Shown: one piece after another, positions 56,268 to 63,935 of the stretch | How positions within the stretch are numbered: the stretch's first letter is position 1 | Layout: every line of letters starts with the position of its first letter | Virus record (IMG/VR): IMGVR_UViG_3300048861_000257 | DNA length: 63,935 nt | Origin: an uncultured virus (IMG/VR IMGVR_UViG_3300048861_000257) | Taxonomy: Duplodnaviria > Heunggongvirae > Uroviricota > Caudoviricetes > Herelleviridae | Direction: 5' to 3' (one strand) | Translations under genes and position numbers: made by a program | Notes under the pieces: generated by a model | The model's input: the letters and a program-made list of their open reading frames with translations, nothing else | What the model was told of the DNA's origin: nothing | Database searches by the model: none

Positions 56268-56611
56268 GACGGGCTCCTTCGGTCGTGCGCGGAGGAGTCC
56301 TCTGCGTCGACGGGGTACCCGAGGCGGCTGTGCCGCCGCGCTGCTTCTCGTTGCCGCCGCAGCTCGTGCTCGAGGTCGAAGCGGGTGATCGCGGAGCCGT
56401 CGTCGTGGCGGTTCGTCGACGCGTGCCGGGCGCGGTCGCAGCGCGGCGTTTCAGCCCCGCGAAGAGGGGACAGCGTGACACGTAAATCCGTTCATTTTCC
56501 CTCATAGACGTGCATTTTTGATAGCCGATTCCGGTAGGCTTGAGGTCGCGAGTCCGGTCACGACATGCCCCGTCGTTGACCGGACTCGTTCCACAGATGA
56601 GGGGAGAGCAG

Positions 56612-59600
56612 ATGAGTGACCTGAGACTCACTGGTTCGAGCAAGTCCACGAAGGGACGCACCGCGCGCCGAGGCGTTCGGGCACTTCTGTCGGGAGCTCT
56701 CGCTCTCGGACTCGTGATGACCGGCGCTGGGATGGCGCAGGCCGCCGGTGGTGTCGGTGGCGGCGGGGTCGGTGGTGGCGGTGGCGGCTCCGGCGACGGA
56801 GGCCCCACCCGGTATGCGCTCTACACGGGCGACTACCTCGACGCCAGCATGAACCCGGTGCAGGGGTGGGGACAGGCCTCGATCGACTACTTCGCCTCGG
56901 CGATGGAGCAGGATGCCCGCTGGGCAGACAGCGTCGGCGGCGACCGTACGGGCATCAACACTGCGTGCACGCAGGCGATCAACGATGCCATCGCGCGCAG
57001 CAACGGCACCGCGACCATGGCTCGCGTGATCCAGGTTGGCGCTGCATACAACTACAGCGGTGGCGTCCCCTACTTCGGCTGGGGCGGCAACCAGGGCGAA
57101 ATGGCCTCCTGGTACGACGGCGAGACCGCCGCGGGATCCTGGCAGCCGTACTTGCCCTTCTACTCGGCCCAGACCCTCGGCGCCGTCCACGATGCATTCA
57201 TCGGGAGCATCCCCTCCATCCCGCGCATCGTCTGCCTCGCGCTGAACCAGACCGAGATGCCGAACTACGACCTCACGCTCAGCACCGACAAGGCGGCGAC
57301 GTTCCCGACCGCGGGCACCACGACGCCGGTGAGCGACCGCATCAACGCATCGGCGTCCAACGGCATCCGCGAGAACATCAACGCGACGGTGTCGCTGCGC
57401 TGGGCCGGCGTCGAAGGCAACGCGAAGGGCGTCGCCAAGAACGTCACGATCGCGAACCAGGGGACTACCGGCTCGCCGGCGTTCACGCCGAGCGACTTCG
57501 GCTGGGCCTCCTGGCCCTCGGGCAAGTTCTGGTTCGACGTCTCCGTGGCGAAGCAGGGCAAGATGACTGCCGCCGTCTCGCATGGCGGACAGAACGACGC
57601 CCGCGAGAACTGGACGGCTGCGACCACGCCGCCGCGGAAGATCCTCACCAGCGGTGCGGGCGACCAGCTCGGCGACACCGAGGTCCTCGCCTCGGGCATG
57701 AGCTACAACGCCGAGATCACGGCGCGCACGAACGGCTACTCCAGCTCGATGACGATCAACGACACGGTCGGCACCAGCCAGGTCTACATCGGCAGCGCGA
57801 CGGCCGACGACACCTCGGCGGCGTACATCAACGATCCCAGCGGCAACCGCGTCGCGGGCGCGACGATCCGCATCGACCGCTCGGTCACGGGTCAGGTGAC
57901 GGTGTCAGGCACCGTTACGGGTATCCCGGACACGTTCCAGGCTGAGGAGTACACGCTCGTCGTGCCTACCTATGTCCTGCCGACGAAGAAGGACTACACG
58001 ATCAGCGACAACTCGAACGTCTGCTACACCGCGGCTCAGACCGGCTGCCTGGCCGGCAACTCCAAGGTCACGCGCAAGGTGACCGCGACGCCGGACAAGG
58101 TGTGGGTCCTCGACCCGAACGGCGGCCTCACCACCGCCGACCCCGGTCAGACGAACCAGGTCGGCTCCGACAATCGCGTCTTCCTTCCCGGTGACGCGGT
58201 GTCGGCCGTGGTCAACGGTCGCATCCCGGCCAACCTCGCCGAGAACCTCTCCACCTACAAGCTCATCGACGACTGGTCGAAGGCGGCGGAGTACGTGGAC
58301 TTCTCCGACGCGTCGCAGGTCGCGGTCTACGCCGAGACGAGCCCGGGCTCCGGGAGCTACGTCAGCGTCACCGGCCAGTTCGACATCAAGATCAACGGAT
58401 CGGTCACGACCGCGACCGCGAAGGCATCGTTCCTCTCGGCCACGAAGGGCCTGGCGGTGGACCGGAAGACCAAGCTCATCATCAGCGGCAACTTCCGGAC
58501 CGACTTCGCCACGAAGGGTCAAACCGTCGCCCTGACGAACGCGGGCAGCGAGGTGTGGAACAACGAGACCATCGCGACCAACGAGCCGCCGGTCTACACG
58601 TGGACGCCGAATCCGAACAAGCAGGTGCTCGGCTCCGCGGACGAGTCCGGTGACAAGGCGCACTCCGACATCAACGGCACTTCGGTGTGGCCGGGGCAGA
58701 AGCTCGAGTACTCGGTCGGCATCGACCTGCGCGTCCCCGCGGGCACCGCACGCGGCGTGAAGAGCCTGGCCGTGGAGGACCAGTACGACCCGTACCTGAT
58801 CCCGGACAAGTCCTCGATCGAGTTCTGGGACGCTCGCGACGTCTCGAACCCGAAGCCGATCGCGCGCAGCGACTACAAGCTCGTGGTCGACTCCGCGGAC
58901 CACCGGTTCACGGCGACGTTCACCGACGACTGGATCGCGAAGAACGTCTCCACCACCGGCGCCAACAGCCAGTGGCTGACGCAGGGCTGGCTCACGATGC
59001 GCTTCACGGGAACCGTGAGCCCGGACATCCTGCAGGGCAGCACCGTGGTGAACCAGGCGTTCCAGATCATCAACGGCGCCCGCACGGGCAGCGACGTGCC
59101 GTCGGTGAAGATCCCCGTGCAGAACCCGGACAAGGAGTCGCTGAGCTCGAACCAGGACAACATCGACGGCAAGACCGTCGTGAAGGGCGACGTCGTGGTC
59201 TACCGGCTGACCCTCGACGCGAACCCCGCGCGGGAACAGCTGGCGTACAACGTGCACAAGCTGGGCATGGTCGACGACTACGACGACGAGTACCTCTCGC
59301 TGGACGCCTCGGCGATCAAGGTGACCGAGAAGACCACCGGCCTCGACGTGACCGACAAGTTCAACGTGCAGGTCAAGGACGGCATCGCCTATGTCTACGC
59401 CAAGACGATCGACACCCCCGACGTCTACGGCGGACCCGACATCAAGGGCGACCCGCAGCCGGCTGACCTCGCCGCGTTCGACAAGGCACCGATCCGCCCG
59501 CTGGAGGACCCGATCATCGACCAGAGCCTGCTCGGGAAGCAGTACTGGATCACGCTGCCGACCGTGGTGACGAAGGAGAAGAACGGCCACACCATCGAGA

Positions 59601-61384
59601 ACCAGGCCGTCCAGAACATCCAGAACACCCGGATGGGGACGAAGATCGTCTCGAACCCGCTGGCCGAGATCGACCCGACCAAGGACGTCACGATCTCCGA
59701 CGCCGATGGCGAGAAGTCTGTCGACGCCGCCGAGATCCGGATGTGGAAGTCGTTCAACTACCGTCTGAACAGCTCCGAGATCCCGGCGAACCGCGCGTAC
59801 GCGGCCACGCAGTGGTCGCTCACTGACGCGTTCGACAAGGCGCACGACCAGTACTCGGGCATCTGGGCCGTCTACGCGAACACCGATGTCTACGACGGCG
59901 CCGAGCTCGCGTTCAAGAAGGGCGACCTGATCGAGAACTCGACCGGGTCCGGGCCCGACGCTGGCAAGGGCCTCTTCGCGGTGTCCTTCGACGAGGTCAC
60001 GAACACGCTGACGGCCACCCCGACGCAGGCGTACCTCGACCTCATCGCGAAGCGCGCCGACCTGTCGAACGGGTTCGCGGTCTACGCGAAGATGGTGCGC
60101 GTCGCGCCGGCGGAGCGGATCGAGAACACGGTGCAGGAGAGCTACAACACCGTGCCGCGCTCCTCGAACACGGTCTGGACCGTGACGCCGGAGTTCCCTG
60201 AGCTCGCGATCCAGAAGTACACGCTCAGCGAGGGAACGACCGACGGTGTGCACCGCGACGTGAAAAGCGCCTACGCGGTGACGAAGGATCAACTGGCCGA
60301 CGGCGCGCTGCCGAAGGATGCCCCGGAGGGAACGAAGCCGGTGCAGCAGGGAGTCGAGGTCGGCATCCGCTTCAGCAACGTCGGCGACGTGCCGCTGAAG
60401 GACATCGACCTGGTGGACTTCACGCAGGACGGCTTCCACGGTCAGCTCGAAGACCTGCTGTGCGCGGTTCCTGCACCCTCCGCTTCCGCTTCCGGAATCG
60501 GTGTGATCAAGGACGGCACCACGGTGAAGCCGGACGAGAACGGCATGATCTGGGTCCAGCCCTCCACCATCACCGAACTCGCTATGGCGCAGCAGGTCGA
60601 CTGCCGCGGCACGCTGCGCGGGATGGCACCCGGCATGACCCACGGAGACACCGTCGCCGTGACGGGCTCCTCCGTGTTCACGGACACCGCCGTGAAAGCC
60701 CAGGACGTCTGGTTCGCCAAGGCCGCATCGACCCCTGGCATCGAGGTCGTGAAGTACACCCTCAGCGAAGGCCGGACCGCGGGTGACCGCAACGACCCGG
60801 CGGCACCGTACGTGATCACGGCCAACCAGGCGGAGCACGGCGTGCAGGTCGCGTTCGACGTGACGAACACCGGGGACGAGGCACTCACGGGGCTGAAGTT
60901 CGCTGACGCCACGAAGGACGGCACGATGGGCACTGTCACGGACGTGAAGTGGCTGGACCCGGTCGTCAAGGCTCCGGTCATCACTCTCGGCGCTGGGACG
61001 ACGTACGCGAAGGCGGCCGACGGCACGGTCATGATCGGCGCTACGAAGTACACCGAGCACCCGGTCAGCGAGCTGAAGGATCTCGCCCCCGGCCAGCGAG
61101 TGCTGCTGGTGGCCACGCTGACCGGCCTCAAGCCGGGGACGAGCCACAGCGACACGGCGACGGTCTCGGCCACGGCGCTCTACTCGGGCGCGCCGGTCAA
61201 GGATACGGACCCGTGGAACGCGACGCTCCCCGCCGTGGTGCTCGGCGGCGCGGTGACCGGTTCGCCGGTCTCGCGCGGCGACGGCAAGGGCGACCTGCTC
61301 GGCGGCGCCGGCCTGCTGCTCACCGCGGCGAGCCTCGTCGGTCTGATCCTCCGCCGGCGCATCCGGCGGCTGAACGCTTCGTAG
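56612..61384 (+). CDS. Large cell-surface adhesin with antigen I/II (SspB)-like repeat domains and C-terminal membrane anchor (~1590 aa)
   Basis: Signal peptide (AQA), repeated PxK...NIDGKTV..G..Y, MVDDYD units, AVTG + TM + RRRIRR tail. Confidence 0.85.
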   Translation: MSDLRLTGSSKSTKGRTARRGVRALLSGALALGLVMTGAGMAQAAGGVGGGGVGGGGGGSGDGGPTRYALYTGDYLDASMNPVQGWGQASIDYFASAMEQDARWADSVGGDRTGINTACTQAINDAIARSNGTATMARVIQVGAAYNYSGGVPYFGWGGNQGEMASWYDGETAAGSWQPYLPFYSAQTLGAVHDAFIGSIPSIPRIVCLALNQTEMPNYDLTLSTDKAATFPTAGTTTPVSDRINASASNGIRENINATVSLRWAGVEGNAKGVAKNVTIANQGTTGSPAFTPSDFGWASWPSGKFWFDVSVAKQGKMTAAVSHGGQNDARENWTAATTPPRKILTSGAGDQLGDTEVLASGMSYNAEITARTNGYSSSMTINDTVGTSQVYIGSATADDTSAAYINDPSGNRVAGATIRIDRSVTGQVTVSGTVTGIPDTFQAEEYTLVVPTYVLPTKKDYTISDNSNVCYTAAQTGCLAGNSKVTRKVTATPDKVWVLDPNGGLTTADPGQTNQVGSDNRVFLPGDAVSAVVNGRIPANLAENLSTYKLIDDWSKAAEYVDFSDASQVAVYAETSPGSGSYVSVTGQFDIKINGSVTTATAKASFLSATKGLAVDRKTKLIISGNFRTDFATKGQTVALTNAGSEVWNNETIATNEPPVYTWTPNPNKQVLGSADESGDKAHSDINGTSVWPGQKLEYSVGIDLRVPAGTARGVKSLAVEDQYDPYLIPDKSSIEFWDARDVSNPKPIARSDYKLVVDSADHRFTATFTDDWIAKNVSTTGANSQWLTQGWLTMRFTGTVSPDILQGSTVVNQAFQIINGARTGSDVPSVKIPVQNPDKESLSSNQDNIDGKTVVKGDVVVYRLTLDANPAREQLAYNVHKLGMVDDYDDEYLSLDASAIKVTEKTTGLDVTDKFNVQVKDGIAYVYAKTIDTPDVYGGPDIKGDPQPADLAAFDKAPIRPLEDPIIDQSLLGKQYWITLPTVVTKEKNGHTIENQAVQNIQNTRMGTKIVSNPLAEIDPTKDVTISDADGEKSVDAAEIRMWKSFNYRLNSSEIPANRAYAATQWSLTDAFDKAHDQYSGIWAVYANTDVYDGAELAFKKGDLIENSTGSGPDAGKGLFAVSFDEVTNTLTATPTQAYLDLIAKRADLSNGFAVYAKMVRVAPAERIENTVQESYNTVPRSSNTVWTVTPEFPELAIQKYTLSEGTTDGVHRDVKSAYAVTKDQLADGALPKDAPEGTKPVQQGVEVGIRFSNVGDVPLKDIDLVDFTQDGFHGQLEDLLCAVPAPSASASGIGVIKDGTTVKPDENGMIWVQPSTITELAMAQQVDCRGTLRGMAPGMTHGDTVAVTGSSVFTDTAVKAQDVWFAKAASTPGIEVVKYTLSEGRTAGDRNDPAAPYVITANQAEHGVQVAFDVTNTGDEALTGLKFADATKDGTMGTVTDVKWLDPVVKAPVITLGAGTTYAKAADGTVMIGATKYTEHPVSELKDLAPGQRVLLVATLTGLKPGTSHSDTATVSATALYSGAPVKDTDPWNATLPAVVLGGAVTGSPVSRGDGKGDLLGGAGLLLTAASLVGLILRRRIRRLNAS

Positions 61385-61409
61385 CGAATCGGGTCGCCCG
61401 AGGAAAGCG

Positions 61410-61445
61410 AAGACCCCCGCAGCCGTGTGGCTGCGGGGGTCTTTT
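61410..61445. terminator. Bidirectional terminator
   Basis: AAGACCCCCGCAGCC / GGCTGCGGGGGTCTT followed by TT. Confidence 0.8.
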
Positions 61446-61461
61446 CGTTGTGTGATCTGCG

Positions 61462-61992
61462 TCACTCCGGCGGGAGTTCGATGCCGAATTCCTCCTTGAG
61501 TACCTGCCGCAGGTGTGCGTCGTCGCCTGCGTCGCGCGCATCGTCGTGGGCACCGGTTCCTGCGTAGATAAGGAGTTCGAGGTCGTCGATGACGATCTGG
61601 TCGATGTCGATCGCGAAGGTTTCTACCGGTACGCCCGAGTTCCCCGGCATCCGGTGTGCCTCGAACTGACCGGTGTCGACGTTGATCAGGTAGCCCCATT
61701 CCAGGTCTGGCGCCAGCGTCGCGAGGGCTTCTTGGAGCGGGACGTCGAAGAGGACGGGAACCCGGCCGGCGCGCAGGTACTCGCCGATGGCACCGGCACT
61801 GTCCACCTTGACGTCGAGGCCCACTCGCTCGAGCGCGAAGAAGTCGTCAGCGAGGTCAGCGATTCGGGAGCGGTTGTCGACGGCGAATATCGCGGTCTGC
61901 AGTCCGAGAACGTCCGGGCTAGCTTCGGTGTGGCAGTAGGTGGCGAGAGTGGCGCCGTTGCGGACGAATCCGATGAATCCGCGAGTGGACAC
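61462..61992 (-). CDS. Phage-type hypothetical protein
   Basis: MSTRGFIG..TYCH...P..LG..EWGYLIN pattern; AAGGAG RBS. Confidence 0.7.
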   Translation of the reverse strand: MSTRGFIGFVRNGATLATYCHTEASPDVLGLQTAIFAVDNRSRIADLADDFFALERVGLDVKVDSAGAIGEYLRAGRVPVLFDVPLQEALATLAPDLEWGYLINVDTGQFEAHRMPGNSGVPVETFAIDIDQIVIDDLELLIYAGTGAHDDARDAGDDAHLRQVLKEEFGIELPPE

Positions 61993-62079
61993 GAGACGCT
62001 CCTTCCATCGATCGTGATGTCAGTCAAGTATGAGGGACAGGTCTGATCTCTTACCAAGCGCCAGGTCGCTCGCGGAAAG

Positions 62080-62115
62080 AAGAAGCCCCTGCAGCAGTGG
62101 CTGCAGGGGCTTCTT
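62080..62115 (-). terminator. Intrinsic terminator
   Basis: AAGAAGCCCCTGCAGC / GCTGCAGGGGCTTCTT. Confidence 0.75.
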
Positions 62116-62130
62116 TGTGATCCGTGCGTA

Positions 62131-62418
62131 CTACCAGGAGTAGACGAGCACCGGCGTCCAGCCGGCCTTCTCTTCGGCGGAGGTCCATCCCTCGGGCCAG
62201 ACCTCCTTGCTCGCGTCCGCCTCCGGGGAGGCCCAGAGGCGGCTGGCCTCGTCCCAGTCGACGGCGAACTCGCCGGAGTCCTGGTCCGTGTCGGAGAGGA
62301 ACTTCGACCACGTCTCGTCGGCGACGGTCGTGTTGTGGGTGCCCCACACAACGGCCGAGGACGACTCGGTGATCCAAGCCTCGACCTTGGTGGTGTCGGG
62401 TGCGATTGAGGTTGCCAT
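62131..62418 (-). CDS. Hypothetical Trp-rich protein
   Basis: Abuts upstream stop. Confidence 0.65.
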   Translation of the reverse strand: MATSIAPDTTKVEAWITESSSAVVWGTHNTTVADETWSKFLSDTDQDSGEFAVDWDEASRLWASPEADASKEVWPEGWTSAEEKAGWTPVLVYSW

Positions 62419-62667
62419 CTATTCTCGCTCTCTTTCTGTAGGTGCAGCGGTCTGCTGCGATCTCCACGACTCTGCGAAAGCGGTCGCTGCCGCCCACACG
62501 TCCCGGAAAAGCCACGCCGTCACATCCACGTCATGGTGCAACAGGTCGGGATACTTCTTCTTCACCGCATCCCACGCGCGTTCCTTGGCGTCGTACTCGG
62601 CCGCGTCTCGGTAGTCGCTGGCATCCGGTGCGTCCTGCTCCGGCGCCTCGGCGATGAATGCGTTCAT
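62419..62667 (-). CDS. Hypothetical protein
   Basis: AAGGAG RBS; ATGA coupling. Confidence 0.6.
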   Translation of the reverse strand: MNAFIAEAPEQDAPDASDYRDAAEYDAKERAWDAVKKKYPDLLHHDVDVTAWLFRDVWAAATAFAESWRSQQTAAPTERERE

Positions 62668-62873
62668 GTGTTGCTCCTTCCGTGTTCAGGTGCTTCTGGC
62701 GTGAGTGCCGCCTCTTTCGCGGCAGCCCACTCGTGAATTGCTAGGTCGGCGTGGGCGAATTTTCGTGCCCACTTCTCTGCCTCGCGTTGATTGCCGGCCG
62801 CCAGCTCGCGAGCACAGAGCCGTGCGTAGCTGTCCCGGTCTGCCCCGGTGAGGGATGCCTCGAGGTCGTCCAT
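62664..62873 (-). CDS. Hypothetical protein
   Basis: GGAG RBS; coupled. Confidence 0.55.
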   Translation of the reverse strand: MDDLEASLTGADRDSYARLCARELAAGNQREAEKWARKFAHADLAIHEWAAAKEAALTPEAPEHGRSNT

Positions 62874-62964
62874 GATGCGGCTCCGATCGGTGATCTGGCT
62901 GTGCGAGGTCGGGAAGACAGAACCCCGCGGCCGGGACGGCGACGGGGTTCTGTCGGCTATGGCG

Positions 62965-63243
62965 TCAGCTTGCGGCGTTTTCGCGGCGGATCTCGCGGTT
63001 GGCGACCATGTACAGCATCGCGTCCTTGATGTTCTTGGCGGCCGTCTGGAGCTCGTCCGAGTTCGCGTGCTCGCCGGTCGGGTCCAGGACGACGGTGAGG
63101 GTTGCGTAGACGCTGTCGCCGAAGCCCTCGTCCTCGAGCTCTGCTACCCGCGTCGTGACCTTCGCCTCGGCTTCTGCCGCCAGGTGATCGATGCGCGGGT
63201 CGTAGGGGCCTTCGATGAGCTGGTCGGTGGTGGAAGTCGTCAT
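62965..63243 (-). CDS. Hypothetical protein
   Basis: Followed by hairpin 62916-62954. Confidence 0.65.
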   Translation of the reverse strand: MTTSTTDQLIEGPYDPRIDHLAAEAEAKVTTRVAELEDEGFGDSVYATLTVVLDPTGEHANSDELQTAAKNIKDAMLYMVANREIRRENAAS

Positions 63244-63315
63244 GTCGTTTCGCTCTCTCTGTCGGGTAGATCGATGTTCTTCGTTGGAGTCTCGAGGCGG
63301 CTTTGCCGCCTGAAA

Positions 63316-63510
63316 TCAGCCGGCGTCCTTCTGCGTCTCGTACTTCACGTGCACCAGGTTCTTGGCCGCCACGACGCTAGCGCGCCAGCGTTTGGGGAAC
63401 CGGACGGTGACTCGATACCCGCTTCCCTCCGCCGTGCCGCGCTCGACGATCCCAACCTCCTGGGTGACCAAGTGGCGCACCTGATCGCCCTTCTCGAAGA
63501 CGTTGGTCAT
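63316..63510 (-). CDS. Small hypothetical protein (MTNVFEK), SH3-like beta pattern
   Basis: FEKGDQVRH..GIV..VTVRF; GGAGAGG RBS. Confidence 0.6.
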   Translation of the reverse strand: MTNVFEKGDQVRHLVTQEVGIVERGTAEGSGYRVTVRFPKRWRASVVAAKNLVHVKYETQKDAG

Positions 63511-63935
63511 GACAGACCTCTCCGTATCGCGGCGCGTGGTTGGGATGACGCGGCGGCGGGGACCAGGGGCCCCCACTTTTTCTCGACGTGCTCGCGCGGG
63601 AACGCGGCGGTCTCGGGCGTGTGCAGAAGCCCGTCGTCGCCGAGGGTCCAGACGTCGCCGTGCTTGTCCACCAGGTCGACGCCGGGCACGGGCACGGTGC
63701 GCACCCCGATGAACCAGACGCCCGGGCGGGCGTCCTTGGGCATGGGAGAGAACTCCCCGTCGCCGACGGGCTGCCAGTCGCCGCGCCGGCGCGCGTAGTA
63801 GCCGCCGTGCGAGCCGCGCCAGTAGATGCCCTTGTGGTTGAGCATGCCTGCGAACTGCGCTGCTTCTGCGATCTGGTTCGTGCCGAGGACGAACACGCTC
63901 TCGCTCGTTCGGATGATGCGGAGCTTCTCAGCCAT
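63507..63935 (-). CDS. Hypothetical protein (may extend beyond window)
   Basis: ATG at window edge; coupled to next gene. Confidence 0.6.
   Translation of the reverse strand: MAEKLRIIRTSESVFVLGTNQIAEAAQFAGMLNHKGIYWRGSHGGYYARRRGDWQPVGDGEFSPMPKDARPGVWFIGVRTVPVPGVDLVDKHGDVWTLGDDGLLHTPETAAFPREHVEKKWGPLVPAAASSQPRAAIRRGLS

Larger units (their letters stand above)
1..63935. mobile_element. Interior of a giant actinobacterial plasmid/ICE/prophage-like element (CGP3-like); boundaries not in window
   Basis: Phage-type replication genes, tyrosine recombinases, toxins, adhesin, dozens of short co-oriented hypothetical genes; no core chromosomal genes and no capsid/tail genes. Confidence 0.85.

Noticed and set aside
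1..63935. tRNA, rRNA, IS transposases, reverse transcriptase, virion structural genes
   Set aside because: None recognisable by motif; divergent small structural proteins among the hypotheticals cannot be fully excluded

Overview
High-GC, actinobacterial-looking window with no host housekeeping genes and no recognisable virion genes. Almost all genes lie on the minus strand. It reads as the interior of a giant plasmid/ICE/prophage-like element. It carries its own replication and repair set: family B DNA polymerase, D5/SF3 helicase, a separate AEP primase, a putative SSB, SNF2 helicase, VRR-NUC, UvrD-like helicase, RecJ and RarA. It also carries a MoxR AAA+/vWA/Clp-type ATPase cluster, a tyrosine-recombinase pair, MazF-like and PIN toxins, a RelA/SpoT-type HD hydrolase, a large antigen I/II-like surface adhesin and many small hypothetical genes. 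The gene order resembles, from recollection, the Corynebacterium glutamicum CGP3 element. The most notable non-coding signals are: a ~330-nt highly structured, terminator-bounded RNA candidate with Ms1-like motifs directly upstream of the HD hydrolase (55091-55423, minus strand); a symmetric TGTGACG repeat region (candidate origin, 35900-36360); a second repeat-rich region (50700-51250); an unannotated 26-aa CxxC-tailed micro-ORF; and a recurrent upstream motif. All calls come from reading motifs by eye; no searches were run.
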